A DNA stretch of 51,153 bases, taken from IMG/VR virus record IMGVR_UViG_637000105_000004, one strand, 5' to 3'. Below, one piece after another: positions 1-8,829 of the stretch (its first letter is position 1; every line of letters begins with the position of its first letter). Position numbers and translations under genes: made by a program. The DNA comes from a virus. Lineage: Duplodnaviria > Heunggongvirae > Uroviricota > Caudoviricetes. The notes beneath the pieces are model-generated. The model was not told the origin of the DNA and searched no databases. It saw nothing but the letters and a program-made list of their open reading frames with translations.

Positions 1-483
1 ATGACGAAGAAAAAAGCACATAAACCTGGTTCAGCGACCATCGCGCTTAACAAGCGCGCCCGTCACGAATACTTTATCGAAGAAGAGTTCGAAGCGGGAC
101 TTGCCCTGCAAGGCTGGGAGGTTAAATCCCTGCGCGCAGGAAAAGCCAATATCAGCGACAGCTATGTCCTTCTGCGCGACGGAGAGGCATTTCTGTTTGG
201 CGCTAACATCACGCCAATGGCTGTGGCCTCCACGCATGTGGTGTGCGATCCTACCCGTACCCGCAAGTTACTTCTCAACCAGCGCGAACTGGACTCATTG
301 TACGGTCGCGTCAATCGAGAAGGCTATACCGTAGTGGCGCTCTCCCTGTACTGGAAAAATGCCTGGTGCAAAGTGAAAATCGGCGTCGCCAAAGGTAAGA
401 AACAGCACGATAAACGTTCAGATATCAAAGAACGCGAATGGCAGGTGGATAAAGCGCGTATCATGAAAAATGCCCACCGTTAA
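1..483 (+). CDS. smpB: SsrA-binding protein SmpB (160 aa)
   Basis: Full-length ORF; translation matches enterobacterial SmpB from memory; lies directly upstream of tmRNA as in E. coli. Confidence 0.96.
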
Positions 484-697
484 ACCTATATAAGCGATAC
501 TAATCAAATCCTCACCGCGCCTCCCTATCCGGTGGCGCGAATGAACATCTTATCGACTGTCAAATCTGACACAGATGTAGCCATCCCATTGCTTAATCGA
601 AAAAAAATCATACTATGCAGGCGCTAATTCCAGGATGATAACGCCTTTTGGGCTAGTCATGCTGCTCATAAATCTGGTATACTTACCGTTACACATT

Positions 698-1060
698 GGG
701 GCTGATTCTGGATTCGACGGGATTTGCGAAACCCAAGGTGCATGCCGAGGGGCGGTTGGCCTCGTAAAAAGCCGCAAAAAATAGTCGCAAACGACGAAAA
801 CTACGCTTTAGCAGCTTAATAACCTGCTTAGAGCCCTCTCTCCCTAGCCTCCGCTCTTAGGACGGGGATCAAGAGAGGTCAAACCCAAAAGAGATCGCGT
901 GGAAGCCCTGCCTGGGGTTGAAGCGTTAAAACTTAATCAGGCTAGTTTGTTAGTGGCGTGTCCGTCCACAGCTGGCAAGCGAATGTAAAGACTAACTAAG
1001 CATGTAGTACCGAGGATGTAGAAATTTCGGACGCGGGTTCAACTCCCGCCAGCTCCACCA
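698..1060 (+). ncRNA. ssrA: tmRNA (SsrA), 363 nt
   Basis: Starts GGGGCTGATTCTGGATTCGACGGG, contains tag-coding region, ends with tRNA-like GGTTCAACTCCCGCCAGCTCCACCA; near-identical to E. coli ssrA from memory. Confidence 0.96.
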
Positions 1061-1065
1061 ATCAT
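1034..1065. repeat. attL core: 32-bp ssrA 3'-end sequence, exact direct repeat of 49466-49497
   Basis: cgggttcaactcccgccagctccaccaatcat occurs at both positions; about 150 bp of diverged (~80-85% identical) homology follows each copy. Confidence 0.75.
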
Positions 1066-1188
1066 AATTGCTCGGTGTAAGGACAGCACCAACAAAAACA
1101 GGATGTTAGCAGTCTCAGCAGGACCAGGGCCAGGCGGTGAAGGGACAAAAAAGGATACGCAAAGGAGCCGCGGCTCTTTAGTTACATG

Positions 1189-1217
1189 AAAGCCCGCTAA
1201 TGCGGGCTTTTTTTATG
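1189..1217 (+). terminator. Rho-independent terminator downstream of ssrA
   Basis: aaagcccgc-taa-tgcgggcttt hairpin followed by T-run. Confidence 0.75.
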
Positions 1218-1228
1218 GGATAAGACAT

Positions 1229-2149
1229 ATGAACCAACTGCAAGAAATCATTCAGATACTAAGTACTGGTGATGAAGGCACAACAAATGCTCTCATAAAA
1301 ACGAAGATCCTTCTTTTCTCTATCGGGAAAAAGGAGCTTGCTGCATGGGTAAATCATGAGATAAACGGTTATCCTGATTCAGTTTCCCTTCCAGATTATA
1401 GAATTGTTGGCACAAGAATTCTTGCAGATCTGAATAACGGCGTTCGCCTATATAGAGCTTTTCCGTTACCGATTGGTTATCTAAGTGAAGATGACTATGA
1501 AGATGCTACAACCAGTAATGTGAGGCTTTCAATCAGTCAAATCGAAGAACTAGTGACCAATGCTGGTGATAGCCATGCTCTTCAGCAGCCAATTCCTTTA
1601 GATTACGCGTTAGTTAAGTACTGCAAAGGTATCGATAAAGGCTATGAGTTAACACGCTGTTATAAAGAGATCGCACTACATAACTTTACTTCCATCTTAA
1701 CTCAGGTCAGGTCACGGCTACTTGATTTTATACTTGAACTTTCTGATCAAGTTTCTGAAATACCAGATGAGAAAAACATGACAGAAAAACTTAAAAATAT
1801 CGACACGTCTTCATTATTCCATAACTCAATTTTTGGAGACAATACTGTCATAAACTTCGGAAATGAAAACTCATTTTCTGTGAATAACCACGTCGTAAAA
1901 AACGACACTGAGTCATTAAAAGAGTTTCTCTCAGCTCAGGGGTTCCCTAAATCTGATGTTAACGATTTAGAAATTGCTATTGGTGAAGATGGCCCGATAG
2001 CTAACAAACGTGGTGAATATGGTCAATCTGTTAGTAAATGGTTGGCAAATATTGCGAGTAAAGCAGCCCATGGTACTTTGGGCATAGGAATAGCTGCTGC
2101 AACTCAAGCAGCTACAGCGGCTCTGAAAAAATACTACGGTCTATCATAA
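1229..2149 (+). CDS. Hypothetical protein, 306 aa, AT-rich cargo gene; helical N-terminal region, Asn/Ser-rich linker, C-terminal Gly/Ala-rich amphipathic segment (candidate Abi-like effector)
   Basis: Clean ORF with atypical AT-rich composition; C-terminus GTLGIGIAAATQAATAALKKYYGLS looks like a small-residue membrane-interacting helix; no confident family assignment. Confidence 0.7.
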   Translation: MNQLQEIIQILSTGDEGTTNALIKTKILLFSIGKKELAAWVNHEINGYPDSVSLPDYRIVGTRILADLNNGVRLYRAFPLPIGYLSEDDYEDATTSNVRLSISQIEELVTNAGDSHALQQPIPLDYALVKYCKGIDKGYELTRCYKEIALHNFTSILTQVRSRLLDFILELSDQVSEIPDEKNMTEKLKNIDTSSLFHNSIFGDNTVINFGNENSFSVNNHVVKNDTESLKEFLSAQGFPKSDVNDLEIAIGEDGPIANKRGEYGQSVSKWLANIASKAAHGTLGIGIAAATQAATAALKKYYGLS

Positions 2150-2156
2150 CCATCAT

Positions 2157-2198
2157 GGGGTGTCGGGGGTCGGAGGTTCAAATCCTCTCGTGCCGACA
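2157..2198 (+). other. tRNA-Pro 3' fragment (T-arm plus acceptor 3' strand, no CCA); probable relic attachment site
   Basis: ggggtgtcgggggtcggaggttcaaatcctctcgtgccgac closely matches the 3' half of E. coli tRNA-Pro (proM/proL type) from memory; no 5' half is present. Confidence 0.6.
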
Positions 2199-2212
2199 AA
2201 AAATCCCTTAAG

Positions 2213-2240
2213 AACCAGCCTATTATGGCTGGTTTTTTTA
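2213..2240 (+). terminator. Putative Rho-independent terminator
   Basis: aaccagcc-tatta-tggctggtt hairpin followed by ttttttt. Confidence 0.55.
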
Positions 2241-2440
2241 TGATTGTTTTTTATGCGGAGAAATACCGGGGAATAATTGGGGTAAAACACCTTTAGGCTA
2301 TTCACTTAGCCTACCACCATCAAAATCTTTCCGAATGTATCCATCTCTTTTTTCTTATGCAGCTAAAACGAAGTCTTGATACTGTTTATTTACACAGATA
2401 AGAATAATACTGTCTACAAACGCAGTACAAAAGAAGTGTT

Positions 2441-2688
2441 ATGCGTATTGAGATCTCCATAGCCAAAGACAAAATGACCAAATGCCAAACGGTGCTGTGG
2501 ATGCGTTAAAGGAAGAATTAACTCGACGCATCAGTAAGCGTTATGACGATGTAGAGGTGATCGTAAAAGCCACCAGCAACGATGGCCTTTCTGTTACGCG
2601 CACCGCCGATAAAGATTCAGCTAAAACTTTTGTTCAGGAAACTCTGAAAGATACCTGGGAGTCTGCTGACGAGTGGTTTGTTCACTAA
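2441..2688 (+). pseudogene. dinI-like gene with apparent frameshift
   Basis: ATG at 2441 encodes [13 protein letters not shown] (DinI-like N-terminus) and stops after 22 codons; the +1 frame from 2482 encodes the rest, ending [16 protein letters not shown] (DinI-like C-terminus). Confidence 0.55.
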
Positions 2689-3114
2689 TTAACACGTAAA
2701 ATCGGTAACGGCTGGAAATCATTCAATACTCGCACTATCGGAAGTTCACCAGCCAACCGCAGCACGTTCTTGCATACGACGTGTCTGCGGTTTTTCAACC
2801 ATTTAGATACAGCACTCTCATCGCATTCATTCTTCCGCATTAAAGTATATATGACCATATCACCTTAATATTTTTCTTCTTCAGATAAAAATTGTTATCT
2901 ATGTATACTTTTAAACCGAATCCGTGTAGAGTCTCTACCTAAGTTAGTTCACAGTTACCCCTTCAGTTTGCGCCATTAACCTCCTGACTTTTGCCGCTAT
3001 CTGTAAGCATTCCTGTATACCTGAAACTACAGGGGTCATCTACGAACTTTAAGAACACCCAGGATAAAAATTGTCAACTATATTATATATAACACCATAC
3101 TAATTCGAGGTTAT

Positions 3115-3228
3115 ATGAACAGCATACTGATAATCACTTCACTACTTATCATATTCAGCATTTTTGGTCATGCTCTAATAAAATTAGGGATTGGCATATC
3201 CAATAACCCGGACAAAACCGATGTATAA
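3115..3228 (+). CDS. Small hydrophobic peptide (37 aa), possible small membrane protein or type I toxin-like
   Basis: GAGGT Shine-Dalgarno 5 nt upstream of ATG; translation [37 protein letters not shown] is a single TM helix with polar tail; below the 60-aa ORF track cutoff. Confidence 0.35.
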   Translation: MNSILIITSLLIIFSIFGHALIKLGIGISNNPDKTDV

Positions 3229-3296
3229 GTCAACATATCCTTAATCAGACATACAATATTGCAATGAAAACCAATAATATTTTAAGGAATATCTTC

Positions 3297-3530
3297 ATGA
3301 AATCAAAAGACACCCTAAAGTGGTTCCCTGCGCAGCTTCCTGAAGTCAGAATTATCCTGGGAGATGCTGTCGTGGAAGTAGCAAAACAGGGAAGACCTAT
3401 CAATACCAGAACATTGCTTGATTACATTGAAGGAAACATAAAGAAAAAGTCATGGCTGGATAACAAAGAATTATTACAAACAGCGATATCAGTTCTTAAA
3501 GACAACCAAAATTTAAATGGTAAAGTGTAA
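3297..3530 (+). CDS. YdfK/YnaE-family prophage protein (77 aa)
   Basis: Translation from MKSKDTLKWFPAQLPEVRIILGD resembles Qin/Rac YdfK/YnaE from memory; position next to pin matches the Qin layout. Confidence 0.6.
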   Translation: MKSKDTLKWFPAQLPEVRIILGDAVVEVAKQGRPINTRTLLDYIEGNIKKKSWLDNKELLQTAISVLKDNQNLNGKV

Positions 3531-3904
3531 CCCCCCTGAAAAATAATTTTTTAATGCATTAAAAAATATCAACAACTACGTTATCCCTCAACAACCTACT
3601 TTTTTACCATTTTTCCACTTTAACAACATTTTGCTCCACTTTTCCACGACCAAACAACTTGAAATCTGGTTAAAATAACATACAACACTATTATTCGTCT
3701 TCCTCGAGTCCGCCCGGATTTCGAAAAACAAACCGAGTTAAAGCCATTTTTCAAAAAATCGATTTTGGGTTACACCAAAATTACGGGACTGCATCCGAAT
3801 TCGTTTATTTTCGAACGTATACATACAAATATGTACAATAATAAGCGAAATAATTTTTGGATATGCATTATGATATGTACACCAATTTCGTATAGAGTCT
3901 CACT

Positions 3905-4495
3905 ATGTCTCGAATTTTTGCTTACTGTCGGATATCAACTCTGGATCAGACCACCGAAAATCAACGCCGGGAAATCGAAAGTGCAGGTTTTAAAATCAAA
4001 CCTCAGCAAATAATCGAAGAACACATTAGCGGCTCAGCAGCAACCAGTGAGCGTCCTGGTTTTAACCGGTTGCTTGCTCGCCTGAAATGTGGTGATCAAT
4101 TGATTGTGACAAAACTGGATCGCCTTGGTTGTAATGCAATGGATATCAGGAAAACAGTGGAACAACTGACCGAAACAGGTATCAGAGTGCATTGCTTAGC
4201 ATTGGGGGGCATTGACCTGACCAGTCCAACAGGAAAAATGATGATGCAAGTAATTTCAGCAGTCGCTGAATTTGAACGAGACCTTTTACTTGAACGCACT
4301 CATTCCGGGATAGTAAGAGCCCGGGGCGCAGGGAAACGTTTTGGTCGACCACCTGTGTTAAATGAAGAACAGAAACAGGTGGTATTCGAACGAATTAAGT
4401 CAGGTGTAAGTATAAGTGCCATTGCCCGGGAATTCAAAACCTCGCGGCAAACCATTTTAAGAGCCAAAGCAAAACTTCAGACACCTGACATATAA
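3905..4495 (+). CDS. pin: Serine recombinase / DNA invertase (PinQ/PinR-like, 196 aa)
   Basis: N-terminal catalytic motif YCRISTLDQ with Ser, resolvase core, C-terminal HTH; adjacent to tail-fibre genes. Confidence 0.92.
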
Positions 4496-4722
4496 AAAAT
4501 AATCTCGGTGTGAGATGCTTTACGTCTTCCAAGCCCCCTTCCTTGCCGTAAATGGAAAGATACATCTAATTATAGAATTTATATGTTTTACCCTACGGCA
4601 GTGCTGGCCATTCAATATCCTGTGCAGTTGACGTATCAACACGGTTCAGCAACACCCGATACTTTTTCCAGGCTTCCAGCAACGGGGTTTCTTCCTCCGT
4701 TGCATATACAGCTCACCTTTTT

Positions 4723-5031
4723 TCACCCACGATTAACCAACAGCCAGACCAGCAGACACGCCACCACCGGCACAGCAAAATCCATCAGGCTTGCCACATC
4801 CCACACGCGCGGATCAAAACCGCCCCACCACGGCATGTTAATCCTCTTGCCATGCCCAAACATTTCAATCCAGCGATATTCCGCCTGGGTGTGTTCACGC
4901 GCAATGAAGAACGTACAACCGGCTATCGCCCCGTAAGCCCAGTTCCCGGTAAAAAGACCAACCAGTAGCTGCGCAGCCACAGCACAAAGCGCATGAAGGA
5001 AAGGTGTTATATCCATTTTCATCCTACCCAA
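4723..5031 (-). CDS. Small hydrophobic membrane protein (about 98 aa)
   Basis: ORF with predicted TM segments (LHALCAVAAQLLVGLFTG, AVPVVACLLVWLLV); likely start at MKMDITPF. Confidence 0.5.
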   Translation of the reverse strand: MGRMKMDITPFLHALCAVAAQLLVGLFTGNWAYGAIAGCTFFIAREHTQAEYRWIEMFGHGKRINMPWWGGFDPRVWDVASLMDFAVPVVACLLVWLLVNRG

Positions 5032-5058
5032 TAAAACGGGGCGCTCGGCCCCTTGATA

Positions 5059-6099
5059 TTATTTAGACGCAAGCGCCGCCTCAATTGCAGATAATCTTTG
5101 TCTTAATTCTGCGTTTTCTTCTTCCAGTGCTGTTATTCTGTCGTCTGACTCTCTGGCTACCTGAACAAGCAAGCCAGTAACACCAGAATAATCTACTGTG
5201 TAATAACGTTCACCTTCTTCACCTTCCGATCCGCTTGCACCGTCCTGATATTTCATTGCGGAACCTACAACTTCTGGGATTGCTTCCAGAGCTTCCTGTG
5301 CAATGACACCAGCATAGGGCATACCGTTTTCTTTAAGCGTGTATGTATAGCCGTTCATTTTACGGATGCGGTCGGTTGCATTATCGATCACCTGAATGTT
5401 GTCTTTCAGATCCCGGTCGGAATGCTGGTTAAATGCGGTGGCATGACATGCACCATTAACGCTTAACATATAGGTGTTATCGGTATTTTTTTGCGCATAG
5501 AACATATAAGCGCCACCATCAACACCGACTTCATAAACAACAGGACGGCTGGAGTTGCCCCACAATTGAGCAGTAACACCAGCATAAGCGGTTCCCTGTG
5601 TGTTTAATGTCATGGTTGACCCATGATTGGCATATTTGATCTGTAATGTGTCGGTGTAATCAAATTTAATAAGCGCGTTACTTCCACGCTTGCTGTATGA
5701 CATAAGGCAGTTACCCATTTTGAGGTATCCGCTGTCACCGGGAAAAATCATCGTACCGCCATAAAGGTTGGTAAAGTCCCAGCAAATGTTTGTCCCGTTA
5801 TCGTTCAGGTTAAGGCGCGCCATTGCGTTACCTGGACTGTCTATCCATTTTTTGAGGTATAGTTCGCAATACGCATCCTCAACACCTGCCGTCCTGTGAG
5901 TTGAGCGGAGTTTTCTCCCAAATATAGCTCCGCTAGTTGGCAATACCTGCTGATACCATGAAGCAGACCAGTCACCAACGATTTCATCTTTGCTGTCTAC
6001 ATATAATTTTGTTGCGTAGCTTCCTTGATCGTTTTTTAATTTGCTAACGTCGGATTTTAGCGTTTTGATGTCATCAGGAATTACTGTCGATGTAGCCAT
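5059..6099 (-). CDS. Tail fibre / receptor-binding protein with C-terminal intramolecular chaperone (peptidase S74-like) domain, 346 aa
   Basis: C-terminus DLKDNIQVID...YTYTLKENGMPYAGVIAQE...LLVQVARESDDRITALEEENAELRQRL is typical of self-cleaving tail-fibre chaperone domains; start overlaps upstream gene. Confidence 0.7.
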   Translation of the reverse strand: MATSTVIPDDIKTLKSDVSKLKNDQGSYATKLYVDSKDEIVGDWSASWYQQVLPTSGAIFGRKLRSTHRTAGVEDAYCELYLKKWIDSPGNAMARLNLNDNGTNICWDFTNLYGGTMIFPGDSGYLKMGNCLMSYSKRGSNALIKFDYTDTLQIKYANHGSTMTLNTQGTAYAGVTAQLWGNSSRPVVYEVGVDGGAYMFYAQKNTDNTYMLSVNGACHATAFNQHSDRDLKDNIQVIDNATDRIRKMNGYTYTLKENGMPYAGVIAQEALEAIPEVVGSAMKYQDGASGSEGEEGERYYTVDYSGVTGLLVQVARESDDRITALEEENAELRQRLSAIEAALASK

Positions 6100-6108
6100 T
6101 TGTCTCCC

Positions 6109-6390
6109 TCACATCCAGCCACGAAGTTGATGCTCAACAACAATCGCGTATTTATCGAATATTGACGATTTTTTTGCATCATTAATGATGCGCACGTTTA
6201 CAAAATATCCGTCCTCCTTAACACATACCGGTTCGCCATCTTCAGTCAGTTCTCCGGTTTCTTTGTACACGTTACCTATCACGTCAATAAGAATATCACC
6301 CTGCATCGACTCGTCATCATAATAGCCAATACTCTCCATAAAGGCCGAAAAGTCGGCCCTGTCTGCAAATTTGAGCGTTAAATCTTTCAT
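6109..6390 (-). CDS. Hypothetical protein (93 aa) in tail-fibre operon
   Basis: ORF translationally coupled to stf stop (ATGA overlap) and to the downstream fibre gene; acidic; no family recognised. Confidence 0.5.
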   Translation of the reverse strand: MKDLTLKFADRADFSAFMESIGYYDDESMQGDILIDVIGNVYKETGELTEDGEPVCVKEDGYFVNVRIINDAKKSSIFDKYAIVVEHQLRGWM

Positions 6391-8786
6391 TTAATACTCT
6401 CCCCCATTTGCGCATCAGTTAATTCTTTATGCCAGAGACGAAGATTTCTCAAATGGCCGAATAGATGACGAGTTCCCGATGTGGCTTGACCTCCAATTCG
6501 AATAAAGGTCCGTGTTTTTACGCCCGTCCACTCCGTTTTCATGGTTTTAGTAGCCTCACCGTTAGAAACTACTCGTTTAGTACCATCAGAATAAATATTA
6601 AAACCACCAATGAATTTTCGAACATCAGTTCGACCAGCAAACACACTAGAAACGTAAGTACTTGTCGACGCTTTATAAGTTTGCATATAAAGCTGACCGT
6701 AATATTTCTCAGTTGTGTTAAAAGCGTATGTAATTGACTCAATAGGTGGCACACCAGAAAAATCAAAAATACGCGGTGCTACATTAGGAGGAATATCGCC
6801 CCAATTTCTATTAACCTCGACCAGGCACGTAAGCGGTCTATTATAGATATTATTTTCAGTTGGGATCGTCACCATATCACTGGAGCGGGTTGCGGGTACA
6901 GTTGTCGTAATAACAAAAGATGAAGCACATCCGCCGTTTTCAAATTGTGGTGTTGCAAGGTAAATATAATCTCCCGCTTCAGTTACACCACCTTTTTTCG
7001 GCGCATACTGAATCATTGCGCCAATTAAGGTTTCACCTTCAACAGCTTCTATAGTTGCCTCATAGAAAATCCACCCTGTAACCGGATCTTTAGTTGCAGT
7101 AGCTGCTATTCTATTGGCTGCTCCGCCAGTTTTTTCTATTATCAGAGTTCCGAAAGTTAAATAAGCATCTCCTAAAAATGTATAAACCGACCCATCGTAT
7201 TTTTCAAAACGCAAACGACAACGAAGACCATCAGGAGCTTTAACCCTGCATGAAACAGTGCAATACTTATTATCGCCACTAACATCAATCCCCCGGGATG
7301 CACTGCATGTATGCAGACTAAGTGCAGATGATTGTCCTGTCATATTATCTTTTGTTCGCATTTTGGCATATGAAAAACCAAATTCATCAACACCATTATT
7401 AGTTTTATCGATATTGCTGGTACTCGTCCATTCAGCGGGGATATTGGATTTAACAAAATAGTTAGTGCGCTGTCCTTCAATCAATAAACCTTCTTTTTCA
7501 AATCGTGGCTCATCAATTTTAGCAACACTAAATACGCCTGATTTATTGATATATGTGGCAGTTGATGCGCGTTTAAACTTTACAACCTTATCGCCAGGCA
7601 TCGTTATTTCATCATCACCAATAACAATCTTTTTATATGACGGCGAAAAGCCCGTAATCATATCCAGTGAATCGTTAAACGGTATCCACACATCGGGAAG
7701 CGGCTGCAAAACTTGTTTATACGGCTCCGCAGCCTGGCTTGCATACTCTCTGGCTGCGTCTTCACTTGCTTTTGCAGCCGTCTGGCTTGCTGCCGATGCT
7801 TTCGCTGAGTTAGCCGCCGCAGTCTCGCTCGCCTTTGCGTTGGTTTCACTGGTTTTTGCAGCTTTTTGACTGTTGGCTGATGCAGAGGCAGAAGAAGCCG
7901 CCGCACTTGCAGAACCAGCTGCGGCACTCTCGCTTTGGGCTGCTGCATCCTGACTGTTTTTCGCCGCAGTTTCACTGGCTTTGGCATTCGTTTCGCTGGT
8001 CTTCGCTGCCGTCTGGCTGGACTTTGCGTTAGTTTCACTCGTCTTCGCAGCTTTCTGGCTGTTAGCCGCAGCAGTTGCTGATCCAGTTGCTGAAGTCGCA
8101 GAACCGGCTGCCGCGCTCTCGCTTTGGGCTGCTGCAACCTGGCTGTTTTTTGCCGCAGTTTCACTGGCTTTGGCATTCGTTTCGCTGGTCTTCGCTGCCG
8201 TCTGGCTGGACTTTGCGTTGGTTTCGCTCGTCTTTGCGGCTGTCTCGCTATTTTTCGCGTTGGTTTCTGATTTTTTGGCTGCTGTCGCGGAGTTTTCTGA
8301 TGCAGTCTGTGAGGTCGCTGCCGCCTGTGCACTATTAGCTGCATTCGTTTCTGAGGTTTTCGCCGCGTTCTTCGATGATGCCGCTGCAGTTTCGGATTTC
8401 TTTGCCGCCGCTGCGCTCTGAGAGGCGGCTTCGGCGTTGCGTGCCGCTTCTTCCACCATTTCCTCAAAACGACGCAATGCCTCCGGCATGACATCATCTT
8501 CCGTCATGGCACCGAGAAAATCATTCAGCGTACCTGGTCTGGAACCTTCATAGACGGTAATGGTTCCGGCATGTGAAGGCGGAAAACCTTCAACAAGCAG
8601 GATAACGCTGTACTGGCCATACTCAACATCCATGCTGTAACGCCCGGCTTCATCCGGATTTTCAGAGGCCACCGTGTTCACCAGTACCGTGGTGCTGTTA
8701 CGCTTTGCCTTCAGTTGAATAGTGCAGTTCTGTATTGGTTTTCCCGCACCATCTTTCAGCACACCTGAGATTTTTACTGCTGCCAT
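6387..8786 (-). CDS. stf: Side tail fibre protein Stf (about 799 aa) with Ala/Ser/Thr-rich repeats and divergent C-terminal domain
   Basis: N-terminus MAAVKISGVLKDGAGKPIQNCTIQLKA matches lambda Stf from memory; repeated KTSETNAK units in the shaft. Confidence 0.88.
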   Translation of the reverse strand: MAAVKISGVLKDGAGKPIQNCTIQLKAKRNSTTVLVNTVASENPDEAGRYSMDVEYGQYSVILLVEGFPPSHAGTITVYEGSRPGTLNDFLGAMTEDDVMPEALRRFEEMVEEAARNAEAASQSAAAAKKSETAAASSKNAAKTSETNAANSAQAAATSQTASENSATAAKKSETNAKNSETAAKTSETNAKSSQTAAKTSETNAKASETAAKNSQVAAAQSESAAAGSATSATGSATAAANSQKAAKTSETNAKSSQTAAKTSETNAKASETAAKNSQDAAAQSESAAAGSASAAASSASASANSQKAAKTSETNAKASETAAANSAKASAASQTAAKASEDAAREYASQAAEPYKQVLQPLPDVWIPFNDSLDMITGFSPSYKKIVIGDDEITMPGDKVVKFKRASTATYINKSGVFSVAKIDEPRFEKEGLLIEGQRTNYFVKSNIPAEWTSTSNIDKTNNGVDEFGFSYAKMRTKDNMTGQSSALSLHTCSASRGIDVSGDNKYCTVSCRVKAPDGLRCRLRFEKYDGSVYTFLGDAYLTFGTLIIEKTGGAANRIAATATKDPVTGWIFYEATIEAVEGETLIGAMIQYAPKKGGVTEAGDYIYLATPQFENGGCASSFVITTTVPATRSSDMVTIPTENNIYNRPLTCLVEVNRNWGDIPPNVAPRIFDFSGVPPIESITYAFNTTEKYYGQLYMQTYKASTSTYVSSVFAGRTDVRKFIGGFNIYSDGTKRVVSNGEATKTMKTEWTGVKTRTFIRIGGQATSGTRHLFGHLRNLRLWHKELTDAQMGESIK
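7700..8420. repeat. Tandem in-frame coding repeats within stf
   Basis: Reiterated ~24-48 bp units encoding SETNAKxSQTAAKT motifs. Confidence 0.8.
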
Positions 8787-8829
8787 ATCCACTCCACAAT
8801 AAATATCCTCCGGCATAGCCGGAGGTTTT

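Noticed and set aside
3751-3780. Palindrome ATTTTGG-N6-CCAAAAT upstream of pin as a possible invertase crossover site
   Set aside because: Symmetry is outward-facing and does not match the AAACC-NN-GGTTT core pattern of gix/hix/cix sites as recalled; no partner site was found near the fibre genes.
4583-4936. 117-aa plus-strand ORF between pin and the tail-fibre genes
   Set aside because: Overlaps the better-supported minus-strand membrane-protein ORF and has a non-protein-like, Thr/Pro/His-rich translation.
7700-8420. Possible CRISPR array suggested by tandem repeats
   Set aside because: Repeats are in-frame coding repeats of stf without unique spacers; the iterons at 40091-40220 likewise lie in a coding gene and are origin-type repeats. 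No CRISPR array is present in the window.
7658-8497. Arg-rich 279-aa ORF on the minus strand and several plus-strand ORFs overlapping the stf repeat region
   Set aside because: Alternative frames of the repetitive Ala/Ser/Thr-rich stf coding sequence; low-complexity translations typical of frame artefacts.
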